A DNA stretch of 64,000 nucleotides from positions 1,248,001-1,312,000 of the forward strand of contig CAVRAL010000001.1 of the NCBI GenBank assembly GCA_963719085.1. Reading direction: 5' to 3'. Origin of the DNA: a candidate division FCPU426 bacterium (GTDB taxonomy: Bacteria > Oederibacteriota > Muellerivitia > Muellerivitales > Muellerivitaceae). Below the pieces are notes generated by a model, which did not search any database, had not been told where the DNA came from, and saw only the letters and a list, made by a program, of their open reading frames with translations. This document shows, one piece after another, positions 50,103-59,797 of this stretch. Made by a program: the position numbers and the translations under genes. Position 1 is the stretch's first letter, and each line of letters begins with the position of its first letter.

Positions 50103-50738
50103 ATGAACCATCAATTGCTGGCCCGTTATGGTTGGATCCTTATCCTACGGGGGGCCTTCGGACTTCTTCTGGGAGCGGCCGCCGGCGCCCTTGGATTATC
50201 CTTAGCCGGGTATCCCGCTGTTTTTTGGGGACACCCCTTATGGTTTCATTCCCTTTGGGTGCTTTCGGACCTCATCCTGATCTTGGGCCTTTACGCCCTG
50301 ATGGACGGTTTTTTCTGTGTCCTATTCGGAACCCGCCAGGACGGCAGCGGACGGTATTGGTGGGCCTTTATCGTGGAGGGCTTGGGCGGCATCGCCTTGG
50401 GAACCTTGACCCTACTGCGCCCGGAGATAAGCCTGTCGTGGTTATTGCGGTGGATCGCCTTTTGGGCCCTGGCCACCGGACTTCTGGAAATGAACCAAGC
50501 CCTTTCCTTCGCCGAGTACCGCGAGAGACGTTGGCCCCTCTTGATCGCAGGGGCGCTTTCCGTTTTGTTCGGTTTCGGGCTGGTCTTTTTCGACCTTCCG
50601 GCGCTGGCATTGATCGGCTGGGTGTCGGGCTACGCCATCGGGTTCGGCGCCTGCTTGTTTTATCTCGGGATACGCCTGCGGGTGTTTTTCAACCGTTACC
50701 GGCGCCAAAACGAAAGGCATGCCGCGTCCCTGACTTGA
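50103..50738 (+). CDS. HdeD/DUF308 family membrane protein
   Basis: W.LILRG, GLYAL.DG, WW...VEG, IAFWAL.TG.LE, G.LSVLFG, G.YAI.FG. Confidence 0.85.
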   Translation: MNHQLLARYGWILILRGAFGLLLGAAAGALGLSLAGYPAVFWGHPLWFHSLWVLSDLILILGLYALMDGFFCVLFGTRQDGSGRYWWAFIVEGLGGIALGTLTLLRPEISLSWLLRWIAFWALATGLLEMNQALSFAEYRERRWPLLIAGALSVLFGFGLVFFDLPALALIGWVSGYAIGFGACLFYLGIRLRVFFNRYRRQNERHAASLT

Positions 50739-50766
50739 GTCCATCAAAAAAAATAAGGAGTTGAAT

Positions 50767-50940
50767 ATGCGCGCCCGTTCCAAAACAAAAACCGCTTCAC
50801 CCAATAAAAAACAACCCCGCCGGAAATTACCCAAAACCCCCGAGGCCGACCAAGCGCCGGAAGTCCGGCGCGTCCTTTCTTCCGAGGACGATGAGCGGAT
50901 CCTGGAGAATGTTCTGGACCAGGATCCTGAAAGGGCCTGA
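50767..50940 (+). CDS. Unannotated 57-aa protein (basic N-half, acidic C-half)
   Basis: TAAGGAG RBS 6 nt before ATG. MRARSKTKTASPNKKQPRRKLPKTPEADQAPEVRRVLSSEDDERILENVLDQDPERA. Confidence 0.6.
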   Translation: MRARSKTKTASPNKKQPRRKLPKTPEADQAPEVRRVLSSEDDERILENVLDQDPERA

Positions 50941-50941
50941 G

Positions 50942-52339
50942 CTAAGCGCCGGGATCCTGGAGTCCGTATTTTTTGATCTTCACATGGAGCGTTTTATAGT
51001 CGGTCTTGAGGATCTTGGCCGCTTGGCTTTTGTTGCCGCTGGTTGATTTTAGGACGCTCCGGATCGCCTGTTTTTCCGATTCTTCCACGGCCCGCTCGGC
51101 GATTTGCTTGAGGGATTGCCCCGGCAAGACCGGCACTTCCACCGGGCCCGGCGATTCCGCGGGGCTTTTGGACTTGCCCAAAAGGCTTTTCACCTGCTCG
51201 GCATGGAGAGTGGTGTCCGGGGTCAACAACACGGCCTGACGGATCACGTTGCGAAGCTCACGGATATTTCCCGGCCAAGCGTGGGCCAAAAGCCTTTCTT
51301 CCGCCTCCGGCGCGATGCCGGTGACGGTTTTTTTGAGCTCGGCGGACGCCTCTTCCCGGAACCGTCCGGCCAAAATCGGGATATCCTGCCGCCTTTCCCT
51401 TAAGGGCGGGATTTGAACCGTGAATTCCGCCAACCGGTAATAAAGGTCCAGCCGGAAACGCCCCGCCTTCGCTTCCGCTTCCAAAGGCGCGTTGGTGGCG
51501 GCGACAAAACGAACGTCGATCGATTTTGTTTTTTCAGCCCCCACGGATTTCACTTGCCTTTCCTGTAAAACCCGGAGCAGTTTGGCTTGAAGACCCAGGG
51601 GTAGGTTTCCAATTTCATCCAAGAACAGGGTGCCGCCCTCGGCTAGGACCAATTGCCCCTCCTTGCGCCGGTCCGCGCCGGTGAAGGCGCCTTTCTCGTG
51701 CCCGAAGAGTTCGGATTCCAAAAGGGTTTCGGTCAGCGCGCCGCAATCCACGGCGATGAAGGGCCCCTGATGCCGCGAGCTTTCTTCATGCAGGGCCCGG
51801 GCCGTCAATTCTTTGCCCGCCCCGGTCTCGCCCTGGATCAAAACCGTCATGGAGGAAGCCGCCACTTTGCGGATTTGATCGACTAAGTCCCTCAAACCCG
51901 GGCTGGTCCCGCCCATGCGGGAAAGCGCCGGACCCTTGCCGGCCTTTTGGCGGAGCTCCTCCATTTGGGACAACATCTCGTTTTTTTCCAGCGCATGGCC
52001 CAAAGTCAAAAGCAGGTGGTCGTTCTCGAACGGTTTGGTTAAATAATCGTAGGCCCCGGCCCGGGTGGCCTCGACGGCTTTTTGAACGTCCGTCACGCCC
52101 GTCAACATGAGAACGGGCAATTGGGGCCGGGATTGATGAAGCTCCGCCAATACTTCCAAGCCGCTCATATCCGGAAGCTGGAGGTCCAGGATGACGGCCT
52201 CCACCGAAGCCACCGCGCGCTCGATTCCCAAGCGGCCCGTTTCCGCCGTGATCACCTCGTAACCGGCCACCTTGCCCAAAAGGGTCTGAAGCAGGCGCCG
52301 CTCGATGGGATCGTCATCCACCACCAATATTTTTTTCAT
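50942..52339 (-). CDS. Sigma54-dependent response regulator (NtrC/AtoC family)
   Basis: REC domain, [38 protein letters not shown], Fis-type HTH. Confidence 0.95.
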   Translation of the reverse strand: MKKILVVDDDPIERRLLQTLLGKVAGYEVITAETGRLGIERAVASVEAVILDLQLPDMSGLEVLAELHQSRPQLPVLMLTGVTDVQKAVEATRAGAYDYLTKPFENDHLLLTLGHALEKNEMLSQMEELRQKAGKGPALSRMGGTSPGLRDLVDQIRKVAASSMTVLIQGETGAGKELTARALHEESSRHQGPFIAVDCGALTETLLESELFGHEKGAFTGADRRKEGQLVLAEGGTLFLDEIGNLPLGLQAKLLRVLQERQVKSVGAEKTKSIDVRFVAATNAPLEAEAKAGRFRLDLYYRLAEFTVQIPPLRERRQDIPILAGRFREEASAELKKTVTGIAPEAEERLLAHAWPGNIRELRNVIRQAVLLTPDTTLHAEQVKSLLGKSKSPAESPGPVEVPVLPGQSLKQIAERAVEESEKQAIRSVLKSTSGNKSQAAKILKTDYKTLHVKIKKYGLQDPGA

Positions 52340-52385
52340 GGAACCATCCGGATTAAAGAATGAACAAAGTCCGAGGACTATTAAA

Positions 52386-52757
52386 TCAGGTTTCCAGGTA
52401 TCGCGCGATGATTTGGGGAAAAGCCTGGACATCGATCGGTTTGGGGATATAACCGTCGCATCCCGCCGCTGTTATTTTTTCCTCATCCCCCTTCATGGCG
52501 TAAGCCGTCAGGGCCACGATTTGGATGGCTTTTGTGTCCGGAGCGGCCTTCAGCCTCCGGGTCAATTCAAGACCGTCCATGCCCGGCAATTGGATATCCA
52601 TGAGGATCAGCCGGGGTTTGAAAGCTTGAAGCGTCTTCAGGGCCTCTTCGGCGTCGGGGACCGTCCTTACCTCATAGCCTTCTTTTTGAAGAAGGACGCG
52701 GGCTAGTTTCAAGTTGATGGGATTATCATCCACAATCAGGATCGGTTCACCGGCCAT
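52386..52757 (-). CDS. Single-domain response regulator (DivK-like)
   Basis: [40 protein letters not shown]. Confidence 0.93.
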   Translation of the reverse strand: MAGEPILIVDDNPINLKLARVLLQKEGYEVRTVPDAEEALKTLQAFKPRLILMDIQLPGMDGLELTRRLKAAPDTKAIQIVALTAYAMKGDEEKITAAGCDGYIPKPIDVQAFPQIIARYLET

Positions 52758-54315
52758 CGGACTCTGCCTTCCATTCCAAGGGAAAGATGGCGAAAAAAAC
52801 GCTTCCTTTTCCCGCTTCGCTCCTCACCCCCACCTGGCCGCCCTGGGCCTCCACCAAACGCTTGGTCAAGGCCAGCCCCAGTCCCGTTCCGGCGTATTTT
52901 TTCGTCGAGCCCGAATCCAATTGCTGGAACTCGATGAATAGCCGGCGCAAATCCTCCGGTTTGATGCCGATTCCATTATCTTCCACTTCCAGGCGGAACC
53001 AACCGGTCTTCTCGGGCTGGATCCGCACCTGTATGATTCCCCGCTCGGGAGTGAACTTAATGGCGTTGGAAAGATAATTATAGAGAACTTGTTTAAACTT
53101 CGAACCATCCAAGATGACCTTGGGGAGTGAATCGTCCACCTTTACCTCGACCGTGATTTCTTTGGCCGCGGCCAGGCCGCGCAAGATATCGCGCACCTCC
53201 GCCGTCACCCTCAAAAGATCCAGCAACTCGGGGCGGAATTCCATCTTGCCCGCCTCCACCTTGGTCAAGTCGAGCACGTCGTTGATCAGTTGGAGCAGAT
53301 GCCGGCCGCTGGTCAGGATATCGCCCAGGTATTCCTTGTGGTCCGCCGAAACCGGACCCACCTTTTCGTGGTACATCAACTCCGAGAATCCGATGATGGC
53401 GTTCAAGGGCGTGCGCAACTCGTGGGACATATTGGCCAAAAACTCGCTCTTAAGGCGGTTGGCTTCCTGCATGCGCCGGTTTTCCTCTTCCAACAGCCTT
53501 TTTCGTTCGGTGGTATCGCGGATGGCCGCGGTCACAAAATCCCCTTCGGGAAGTTTCATGGGACTCAGGCTGATCTCGGCGGGAAACTCGGTGCCGTCCT
53601 TGCGCAAGGCGAAAAGCTCCAGGCCCGCCCCCATGGGCCTTGGTTTGGAGGAGGCGAAATAACCGTCCCGGTGGCCCGGATGGCTCGGGCGGAACCGTGG
53701 AGGAATCAAAACTTCGATTTTTTGGCCGACGAGTTCTTCACGCCGATATCCGAAAAGCTTCTCGACTTGGCCGTTGACCATGTCGATTTCGCCCTTCCGG
53801 TTCACGATGACCATGGCGTCCGGCGCGGACTCCAAAAGTCCCCGGAATTTGTCCTCGGCCTTTTTAAAATCGGTCACGTCCCGGGTGACCTTGATGAACC
53901 CGCGCGATTTTCCTTTTTCGTCCGTCAAGGCTGTGATCACCACGTCGGCCATGAACCGGGACCCGTCCTGGCGCACCCGCCAGCCCTCATCCTCCACCCG
54001 TCCGTCCCGCGCGGCGGCCCTCAGCAAGTCTTGGGGATGCCTTCTTTTCTGATCCTCGGGCGTGTAAAAAACCGAAGAGGGCTTCCCAACGATTTCCCCG
54101 CGCTTGTATCCCTTGATCCTTTGCGCGCCCTGGTTCCAGGTGAGTACATTCCCCTTGGTATCCAAAAGAATGATGGCGTAATCCTTGATGCTTTCAATGG
54201 CCCTCGCCTCATCCAGACGCGCGGTTTCCTCCGGAATAATTCCGGTTTTGGAAAGCTTGGGTTTCCCCGTCTTGGGGCCGATCCGCTTAGCCGGCTTTTT
54301 TATTTTTTTCTTCAT
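52747..54315 (-). CDS. Cytoplasmic PAS-PAS histidine kinase
   Basis: DYAI..LD..G....[41 protein letters not shown]. Confidence 0.93.
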   Translation of the reverse strand: MKKKIKKPAKRIGPKTGKPKLSKTGIIPEETARLDEARAIESIKDYAIILLDTKGNVLTWNQGAQRIKGYKRGEIVGKPSSVFYTPEDQKRRHPQDLLRAAARDGRVEDEGWRVRQDGSRFMADVVITALTDEKGKSRGFIKVTRDVTDFKKAEDKFRGLLESAPDAMVIVNRKGEIDMVNGQVEKLFGYRREELVGQKIEVLIPPRFRPSHPGHRDGYFASSKPRPMGAGLELFALRKDGTEFPAEISLSPMKLPEGDFVTAAIRDTTERKRLLEEENRRMQEANRLKSEFLANMSHELRTPLNAIIGFSELMYHEKVGPVSADHKEYLGDILTSGRHLLQLINDVLDLTKVEAGKMEFRPELLDLLRVTAEVRDILRGLAAAKEITVEVKVDDSLPKVILDGSKFKQVLYNYLSNAIKFTPERGIIQVRIQPEKTGWFRLEVEDNGIGIKPEDLRRLFIEFQQLDSGSTKKYAGTGLGLALTKRLVEAQGGQVGVRSEAGKGSVFFAIFPLEWKAESDGR

Positions 54316-54424
54316 TTTTTTCAATGGATGGCATCCCTTCGAGTTGAGCAATTCTAAGGGTTTTAGGAGGGCGCAAACAATAAAAGAAGCTTAATAAATA
54401 GGCCGTCTTTAATGCATTCTAGAG

Positions 54425-54450
54425 GGGCGCGCTGTGGCGCGCCCTTTTTT
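54425..54450. terminator. GC hairpin, possible terminator
   Basis: GGGCGCGC-tgtg-GCGCGCCC. The T run lies on the plus strand although the flanking genes are on the minus strand. Confidence 0.45.
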
Positions 54451-54985
54451 ATTTCCCGGCTTCCCCATGGTAACGCCAAGCGCACCAAACCGGGGTGCCA
54501 TCCCGGTCCAATAACCGCAGTTCCCCATCCTCCCGCTCCACCAGGGCGGCCACGATGACCGACCGGCCGTCCCAGGAGGAATAATAGCCATGGACCACCA
54601 CCGCGTCACCCTTTCGAAGGCTGTCCGCCTGCCGGTCTAAAAACCAAACCGGGCCCAACTGAAACCCAAAGAAACCCCGATCGGTCGCCCAAAAAAGCTG
54701 GACGCTTTCATCCTTGATCCGCGGGTCCTCCTGGTATTTTTCTGTTTTTTCGACGGTTTCTTTATAGATTTGCCATCCTTGAGAATCCACCCCCGTATAA
54801 AGATTATCCTCGCAAGGGGCCCATCCCGACTCCATCCGGGAGCCTAGAGCTTCCCCGTCGGCCCAAAGGGGGCGTAAGGAAAAAAGTTGAATAGACGCGC
54901 AAAAAACCACCAAAATAAAAAAAATGTTCCGGCCGCAGGACAAAAGTTTCACGCCCCCCATTCCAAAAATCTTCTCAACAACCAC
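54449..54985 (-). CDS. Exported OB-fold-like hypothetical protein
   Basis: Hydrophobic N-terminus, LGPVWFL, L.KGD.V.V.G, IVA..V, L.L.D.DG.PVW. Start uncertain. Confidence 0.55.
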   Translation of the reverse strand: MVVEKIFGMGGVKLLSCGRNIFFILVVFCASIQLFSLRPLWADGEALGSRMESGWAPCEDNLYTGVDSQGWQIYKETVEKTEKYQEDPRIKDESVQLFWATDRGFFGFQLGPVWFLDRQADSLRKGDAVVVHGYYSSWDGRSVIVAALVEREDGELRLLDRDGTPVWCAWRYHGEAGK

Positions 54986-54991
54986 CAGCCC

Positions 54992-56356
54992 TTAATGGGT
55001 CGTTTCCTTCCAAGTCGATAAAAGCGGCCACCAGGTTTCCACCCGGGTTCCCTTTCGCGTCTGGCTGTCGAGGACCACCTTGCCCCCATGCCAGGCCAGG
55101 ATGCGTTGGACGATCGCCAATCCGAGGCCGGTTCCGAATTTTTCCTTGGCCTTCGCGTTGGAAGCCCGGAAAAACTCGCCGAAAATCTTTTTTCGCTGCG
55201 ACTCTGGGATTCCAATCCCCTCATCCTGGACCGATACCACCATCCATTCGGGCTTCATTTCAACCTCAATCGTGACCGGCCCGCCCGTCTCCGGGCTGTA
55301 CTTGACCGCGTTTGAGATGAGGTTATCCATCACCCGCCCAAAAGCGGCCTTGTCCGCCCATAGCCGGACGTCGCTCCCTCCATGCAGTCGAAATGAAATT
55401 CCCTTGGCCCTCGCCTGCGGCTCCTGGGCCTGAATCCGGCTCAAGACAGTCTTATAAACCTCGACCGTTTCCTTCTTCAAAGGCATGTCTTTTACCTGGA
55501 GCCGCGAAAGCCAGAGTAGATCATCCATGGTGGATTCCAGTCCCTGAACATGCCGGCGGGCGTCCCGGACCGACTCCCGCTCTTTCATGGAATTTTCAGG
55601 CAGGCTTTTTTCCAATTGGGCCAAGCGCTCTTCCACTTCCAACGTCGGGGTCTTCAAGTGGTCGGCCAATTGGTGGAGGAATTGGTTTTTAAAAACATCC
55701 AATTGTTCCAGCCCTTCCTTGGCCTCCTTCAGTTGGGCGGTTTTCCGCTTTAATTTCCATTCATTGATCCGCACGTCCAGGGAAAGCCTGGAAAGAAAAA
55801 TCCAAAGACCCGCCACGGCGGCCGAATAGGCGATCAAAAAGGCCCTTTCATAACCCAAGGAAGGGCCGCCGGCGGGACCCCAAAAATCAGCGATGGAAGG
55901 CCGGGCCGTTTGAAGCGCGTAAAGCATCCAGGGCAGGACAATTGCCAGGGGGGCGTAAAAAAAACTTTCGGCCACGGGAAAAATGTAGGCTCCGATGGCC
56001 AGATGAAATAAATAAAAGAGAACCAGCGGATTCCCCGCGCCGCCGCTGAAATAAAGGAGGGCCGTCAAGACCAGGAAATCCCCCGCCATTTGAAGGTGTA
56101 AAAGATTGCCACCGGACTTTTCCAGGTCGAGCCCCGCCGCGCCCGATCCCCGAAGCTTGTTCCAAACCGCCAAATAAGTCCCGTTCAACACCGCCAAAAC
56201 CACCAGGCAGACCACGATCGGGCCATAAGCGACCCGAAAGGAAAAAACCAAGGATCCCACTAAAAGGATGACGCCTCCGCCCAAGATGGCCGCCCAACGC
56301 AAATGGATGAACCACACCAGTCTTTCAATTTTGGCTTCTTGCTCGACGATCACCAT
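54992..56356 (-). CDS. RegB/PrrB-like multi-TM sensor kinase with atypical H-box
   Basis: LRWAAI.G, LLYFSGGAGNPL, H-box LADHLKTP, NLISNAVKYS, DEGIG, GTGLGL. Confidence 0.82.
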   Translation of the reverse strand: MVIVEQEAKIERLVWFIHLRWAAILGGGVILLVGSLVFSFRVAYGPIVVCLVVLAVLNGTYLAVWNKLRGSGAAGLDLEKSGGNLLHLQMAGDFLVLTALLYFSGGAGNPLVLFYLFHLAIGAYIFPVAESFFYAPLAIVLPWMLYALQTARPSIADFWGPAGGPSLGYERAFLIAYSAAVAGLWIFLSRLSLDVRINEWKLKRKTAQLKEAKEGLEQLDVFKNQFLHQLADHLKTPTLEVEERLAQLEKSLPENSMKERESVRDARRHVQGLESTMDDLLWLSRLQVKDMPLKKETVEVYKTVLSRIQAQEPQARAKGISFRLHGGSDVRLWADKAAFGRVMDNLISNAVKYSPETGGPVTIEVEMKPEWMVVSVQDEGIGIPESQRKKIFGEFFRASNAKAKEKFGTGLGLAIVQRILAWHGGKVVLDSQTRKGTRVETWWPLLSTWKETTH

Positions 56357-56417
56357 AAAGGGTCTCCTTGAACCGGAATTGGACCATTTCAGTTTCCCGC
56401 CGAAATCCATTCCGGCT

Positions 56418-56460
56418 TATGACTGGCGTCATAGTGGGTTGGTTTTGGCGGGAGTAAGGT
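56418..56460 (+). promoter_or_regulatory. Crp-family box TATGACTGGCGTCATA with -10 TAAGGT
   Basis: Box at 56418-56433, hexamer at 56455-56460. Confidence 0.65.
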
Positions 56461-56487
56461 GGCGGCATCTTTCCATCGGAGGCTTGG

Positions 56488-56586
56488 ATGAAAAAAATAA
56501 TTCACAATGTCCCCGCGCCGCTTTGGTTCTTTTGGGGCGCGATCTTGCTTTTTGGCGGGACGCTGATCCAATCGATCATCCGTTAA
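56488..56586 (+). CDS. Unannotated 32-aa single-TM small protein
   Basis: GGAGG RBS. MKKIIHNVPAPLWFFWGAILLFGGTLIQSIIR. Directly follows a class II promoter. Confidence 0.6.
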   Translation: MKKIIHNVPAPLWFFWGAILLFGGTLIQSIIR

Positions 56587-56767
56587 AGCGTTTTGACTTA
56601 AACCCCAGACGCCGGGCGATTTTCCAAAGGCGGTTTTTAACCCCGCCCCACGCGTCCACCCGGTACAAGCCGCACTTGGGGCATTGCCCCGGTAAATCCG
56701 AGTCCTGTTCGGGGTGCATGGGACAGCCATAACGCTTTTTTCGTTTTCCAAAAATTAGATGAGTCAT
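56576..56767 (-). CDS. Small heavy-metal-binding domain protein
   Basis: YGCPMHPEQDSDLPGQCPKCG, AAGGAGG RBS. Confidence 0.8.
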   Translation of the reverse strand: MTHLIFGKRKKRYGCPMHPEQDSDLPGQCPKCGLYRVDAWGGVKNRLWKIARRLGFKSKRFNG

Positions 56768-56791
56768 ACCCACCCTCCTTCACTTTTCCCC

Positions 56792-56834
56792 AAGCTATCG
56801 TTTCGAGACTTTTTTCATGATGACGCCTATCACA
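56792..56834 (-). promoter_or_regulatory. Crp-family box (TGTGA-N6-TCATC on minus) with -10 TAGCTT
   Basis: Box at 56819-56834, hexamer at 56797-56792 at the same class II spacing. Confidence 0.55.
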
Positions 56835-56868
56835 TAAAGGCTTTTTTTAATTGGCTTGGCGCCGCGAC

Positions 56869-56886
56869 CATGGCATCCACGCCATA
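56869..56886. promoter_or_regulatory. Putative enhancer (UAS) CATGGCATCCACGCCATA
   Basis: Near copy of 49490-49507, about 62 nt upstream of the sigma54 GG. Confidence 0.6.
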
Positions 56887-56946
56887 AACACCCTCTATGA
56901 GGCTCCCGCGCCCCGCGCAAATCCTGATTTAAGGCCATTTCGCCCT

Positions 56947-56962
56947 TGGCACCCGGGTTGCA
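56947..56962 (+). promoter_or_regulatory. Sigma54 -24/-12 promoter
   Basis: TGGCACCCGGGTTGCA (GG-N10-GC). Confidence 0.8.
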
Positions 56963-56997
56963 TTAGCCATTTGAAATTTATTTTTGGAGGTTTCACC

Positions 56998-57711
56998 ATG
57001 CACAAACTATCAGTCCTGATGACGGCCATCGCCTTCCTAGCCTTTGCCCCCGTCCTATTGCGGGCCGACGGCGGATTCAGCGGCAACCAGCTCACCCAGG
57101 GTTATACCCCTTGGTACGCGAAGGCCGCCTCGATCACGGGTCCGGTCACGGACACGAAGCCCTTGGCGGGAAGCGGCGCCACACTCACCCTTCAGCCCGG
57201 CAGTTCCTTGTATCTGGAAGGGGACTCCACCCTGCACAAATACCAAATGCGGGCCGGTTCACTGTTGGGTTCCGCAAAGGTGGCTACTCTTCCCGAATCG
57301 AACCTGGTCGCGCTTCAAATCACCCAAGCATCCCTCGTAGTGCCGCTGGCGGACTTCAAGTCAAAGGAATCGGGCCTGGATAACAACGCCTATAAAGCCC
57401 TCAAGTCGGCCCAAAATCCCGAGATAAGCTTTTCACTCTTAAAAGGCCTGGTGACGGCCGGAGCCGCTCCCGGAACCTATACCTTCACGGCCCAGGGCAC
57501 GCTGTCGGTGGCCGGCCAAAGCGCCCCCATCACGCTGAGCGCCGACGCGTCTCTCAAGAACGGGGCGATCCGCTTGAAGGGCGTCCAGAAACTCAAGATG
57601 ACCGATTTCGGCGTAGCGCCCCCGTCCATTTCCCTCGTGGTGACTTCCATCACCTGCACCGATGAGATCGAAATTCACTACGACGTGACTTTCGCCGTGT
57701 CCCCAAAATAA
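56998..57711 (+). CDS. YceI family periplasmic lipid/isoprenoid-binding protein
   Basis: Signal peptide, S.L...G.STLH, VP....KS..SGLD...Y.ALK....P.I.F, G.L.VAG, MTDFGV.PP. Confidence 0.82.
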   Translation: MHKLSVLMTAIAFLAFAPVLLRADGGFSGNQLTQGYTPWYAKAASITGPVTDTKPLAGSGATLTLQPGSSLYLEGDSTLHKYQMRAGSLLGSAKVATLPESNLVALQITQASLVVPLADFKSKESGLDNNAYKALKSAQNPEISFSLLKGLVTAGAAPGTYTFTAQGTLSVAGQSAPITLSADASLKNGAIRLKGVQKLKMTDFGVAPPSISLVVTSITCTDEIEIHYDVTFAVSPK

Positions 57712-57752
57712 GGGCGCGGCTTCATTTGTTAAAAAATAAAGGAGGTAGGGCG

Positions 57753-59120
57753 ATGAAAAATCTTAAGAAACTAGCTTTGGGGGTGGCGCTGTTGGCCGGC
57801 CTCCCGATGCGCGGACACTCAGCCGAAATTTTCCAGAACGACGACTTGACCCTCAGCTTGGGCGGCCGGTTCCAGGAACTGGGCGAGTTGGAATTGGTGA
57901 CGAACGACCCGACCCGGGAACATACCCGGATCTATTTGTTCAACGTCGAGGACCGCTTGACCACTTCGGGGCAATTCCAAGGCTACAAGTGGAACTTCGA
58001 GTTGGGGCTCGGCGGCGAGGCCATCAACAGCACCAACAATCAAATCAACCTGAAAGAATTTAACGCCGATATCCCGATCATTCCCGACATGGTCTATGTG
58101 AAGGTCGGACAATTCAAGGTGCCGACCAACCTGGAAAGCGCGGTCTATGAGGGCAACCAGCTCTTCACGGAAAAATCCCTCATCTATAATATGTTTTTCA
58201 ACACGGGCTACGACAACGGCTTGTCCCTTTATGGCCAGATGGGTCAATTGGATTTCGCCGGCGGTGTTTTGAGCGGAGCCCCCAATTTGCCCCAACGGTA
58301 CCTGCCCGAAACCTTTAATTTCCCCCCCCTGATGTTCCTGAGGATCGGGATTGACGACGGAATCACGAAGGATCCCTTTCACCAAGCGCAGACCGGATTC
58401 GTCAAACCGACGAAGACCGAGTTCGCCCTGCACTTGAACGGCATGTATGAGATGGACAGCAACGCGGGCCATTCCACCGATCTGGCCCTTCAAAGCGGTT
58501 ATACCGGCGCCTTTGACGCCAACAGCGACTACGGCAACATGATGCTGTACGGCGCCTGGAACCCTTTCTTGGGAAAAACGGCCGCTAACTTCGGACCCGT
58601 CCACGCCCAATATTGGACCGCAAGCCTGGACACCCAAGTCCGGGCGCCCCTGGGCGACACCACCTTCACCCTGACGGCCCAGGCCAACCTGGCCCATTTT
58701 GACGCCTGGGACTTCGCGCCCATGGTCATCAATGGTCAAACCGTCACCTCCGGCCAGATCAATATCGGCGGCGCCGAAGTCATCGCTTCCCTGGGGGACA
58801 ATCCGTGGGAAATCGCCGGACGTTTCGCCTTGGTGGTTCCGGATAATTCTTTCCGGGTCACCCCGGCCGCCGGCACGGTTTATCCCTCGATCACGGGCAG
58901 CAAAGTGCTTTATGAGTTGACCCTGCCTTCCATCACCTGGCACATGAACTCGAACGCCAAACTGGTGGCCGAGGCCATGTGGATGATCAACGCCCCGGAA
59001 GTCTTGGGCAACGACGGCATGTACGTCTTGGCCGAGATGCCCAACCAAGTCGCCGCCACCGGCCTGGGCAGTGTTTCGCTGGTTCCGGCGGGACGCATGA
59101 TGTTCCAGTACTCGTTTTAA
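57753..59120 (+). CDS. Outer-membrane porin (OprO/P-like features)
   Basis: Signal peptide, LGGRFQ, VKVGQFKVP..LE, amphipathic strands, C-terminal FQYSF. Confidence 0.72.
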   Translation: MKNLKKLALGVALLAGLPMRGHSAEIFQNDDLTLSLGGRFQELGELELVTNDPTREHTRIYLFNVEDRLTTSGQFQGYKWNFELGLGGEAINSTNNQINLKEFNADIPIIPDMVYVKVGQFKVPTNLESAVYEGNQLFTEKSLIYNMFFNTGYDNGLSLYGQMGQLDFAGGVLSGAPNLPQRYLPETFNFPPLMFLRIGIDDGITKDPFHQAQTGFVKPTKTEFALHLNGMYEMDSNAGHSTDLALQSGYTGAFDANSDYGNMMLYGAWNPFLGKTAANFGPVHAQYWTASLDTQVRAPLGDTTFTLTAQANLAHFDAWDFAPMVINGQTVTSGQINIGGAEVIASLGDNPWEIAGRFALVVPDNSFRVTPAAGTVYPSITGSKVLYELTLPSITWHMNSNAKLVAEAMWMINAPEVLGNDGMYVLAEMPNQVAATGLGSVSLVPAGRMMFQYSF

Positions 59121-59130
59121 GGAAGACGCG

Positions 59131-59787
59131 ATGAAAAGGCTTAAAGCGCTTCACACACCTTTTCGCGGGGGTTTCCTGGCCGCCGCCTGCGCCGCTCTCT
59201 TGAGCGGCGCGGGCTGGGCGGCCGAACCTGTTTCCATGACATTCCAGTCGAAGGACGGCTATTACCGCGTCAATTCCAGCTTTGACGTCGCCGCCGATCC
59301 TTCGGTGGTTTGGGATGTGCTTACCGATTTCGAGCACATCCCAAACTTCATCAGCAGCATGAAAGAAAGTAAAGTCGTCAAACGCGATGGATTGGGGATT
59401 TACCTGAGTCAAAGGGCCGAAGGCGGCTTCCTTTTCTTCACCCAAAGCGCCCGGCTTCTTTTGTTCGTCCGGGAAACTCCGGGCCAATCCATCACTTTCC
59501 AGGACATGGACCGGAAGGATTTCGATCTGTATTGGGGCGATTGGAGCATCGTTTCGTCCGGGGACGAAAAAAAACGGGTGGAAGTCGCCTACCGCCTTTT
59601 CGTACATCCTAATTTTTCAGCCCCCTTGGCCGGGGACATCATGCACGGCAGTTCGATGGATATGATGAATTCCGTCCGGCGGGAAATCCTGCGGCGCCAG
59701 GCCCTCAAGGACAAGCAAATTCCGATCCAGGTAACCCAATCCACCCCCGAGACGGCGCCGACGCCCCTTCCCTCCAGCTCGAATTAA
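59131..59787 (+). CDS. Exported SRPBCC/START (cyclase/Coq10-like) protein
   Basis: Signal peptide, A.P..VWDVLTDFE..P.FI..M..S.V, DF..Y.G.W.I. Confidence 0.8.
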   Translation: MKRLKALHTPFRGGFLAAACAALLSGAGWAAEPVSMTFQSKDGYYRVNSSFDVAADPSVVWDVLTDFEHIPNFISSMKESKVVKRDGLGIYLSQRAEGGFLFFTQSARLLLFVRETPGQSITFQDMDRKDFDLYWGDWSIVSSGDEKKRVEVAYRLFVHPNFSAPLAGDIMHGSSMDMMNSVRREILRRQALKDKQIPIQVTQSTPETAPTPLPSSSN

Positions 59788-59797
59788 AACCTCCCAA

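Noticed and set aside
57819..59048. 409-aa minus-strand ORF (also 61590-62588, 53290-54357, 5877-6821)
   Set aside because: Lies wholly opposite or within well-supported genes and has no motifs. Such ORFs are expected from GC-rich codon bias.
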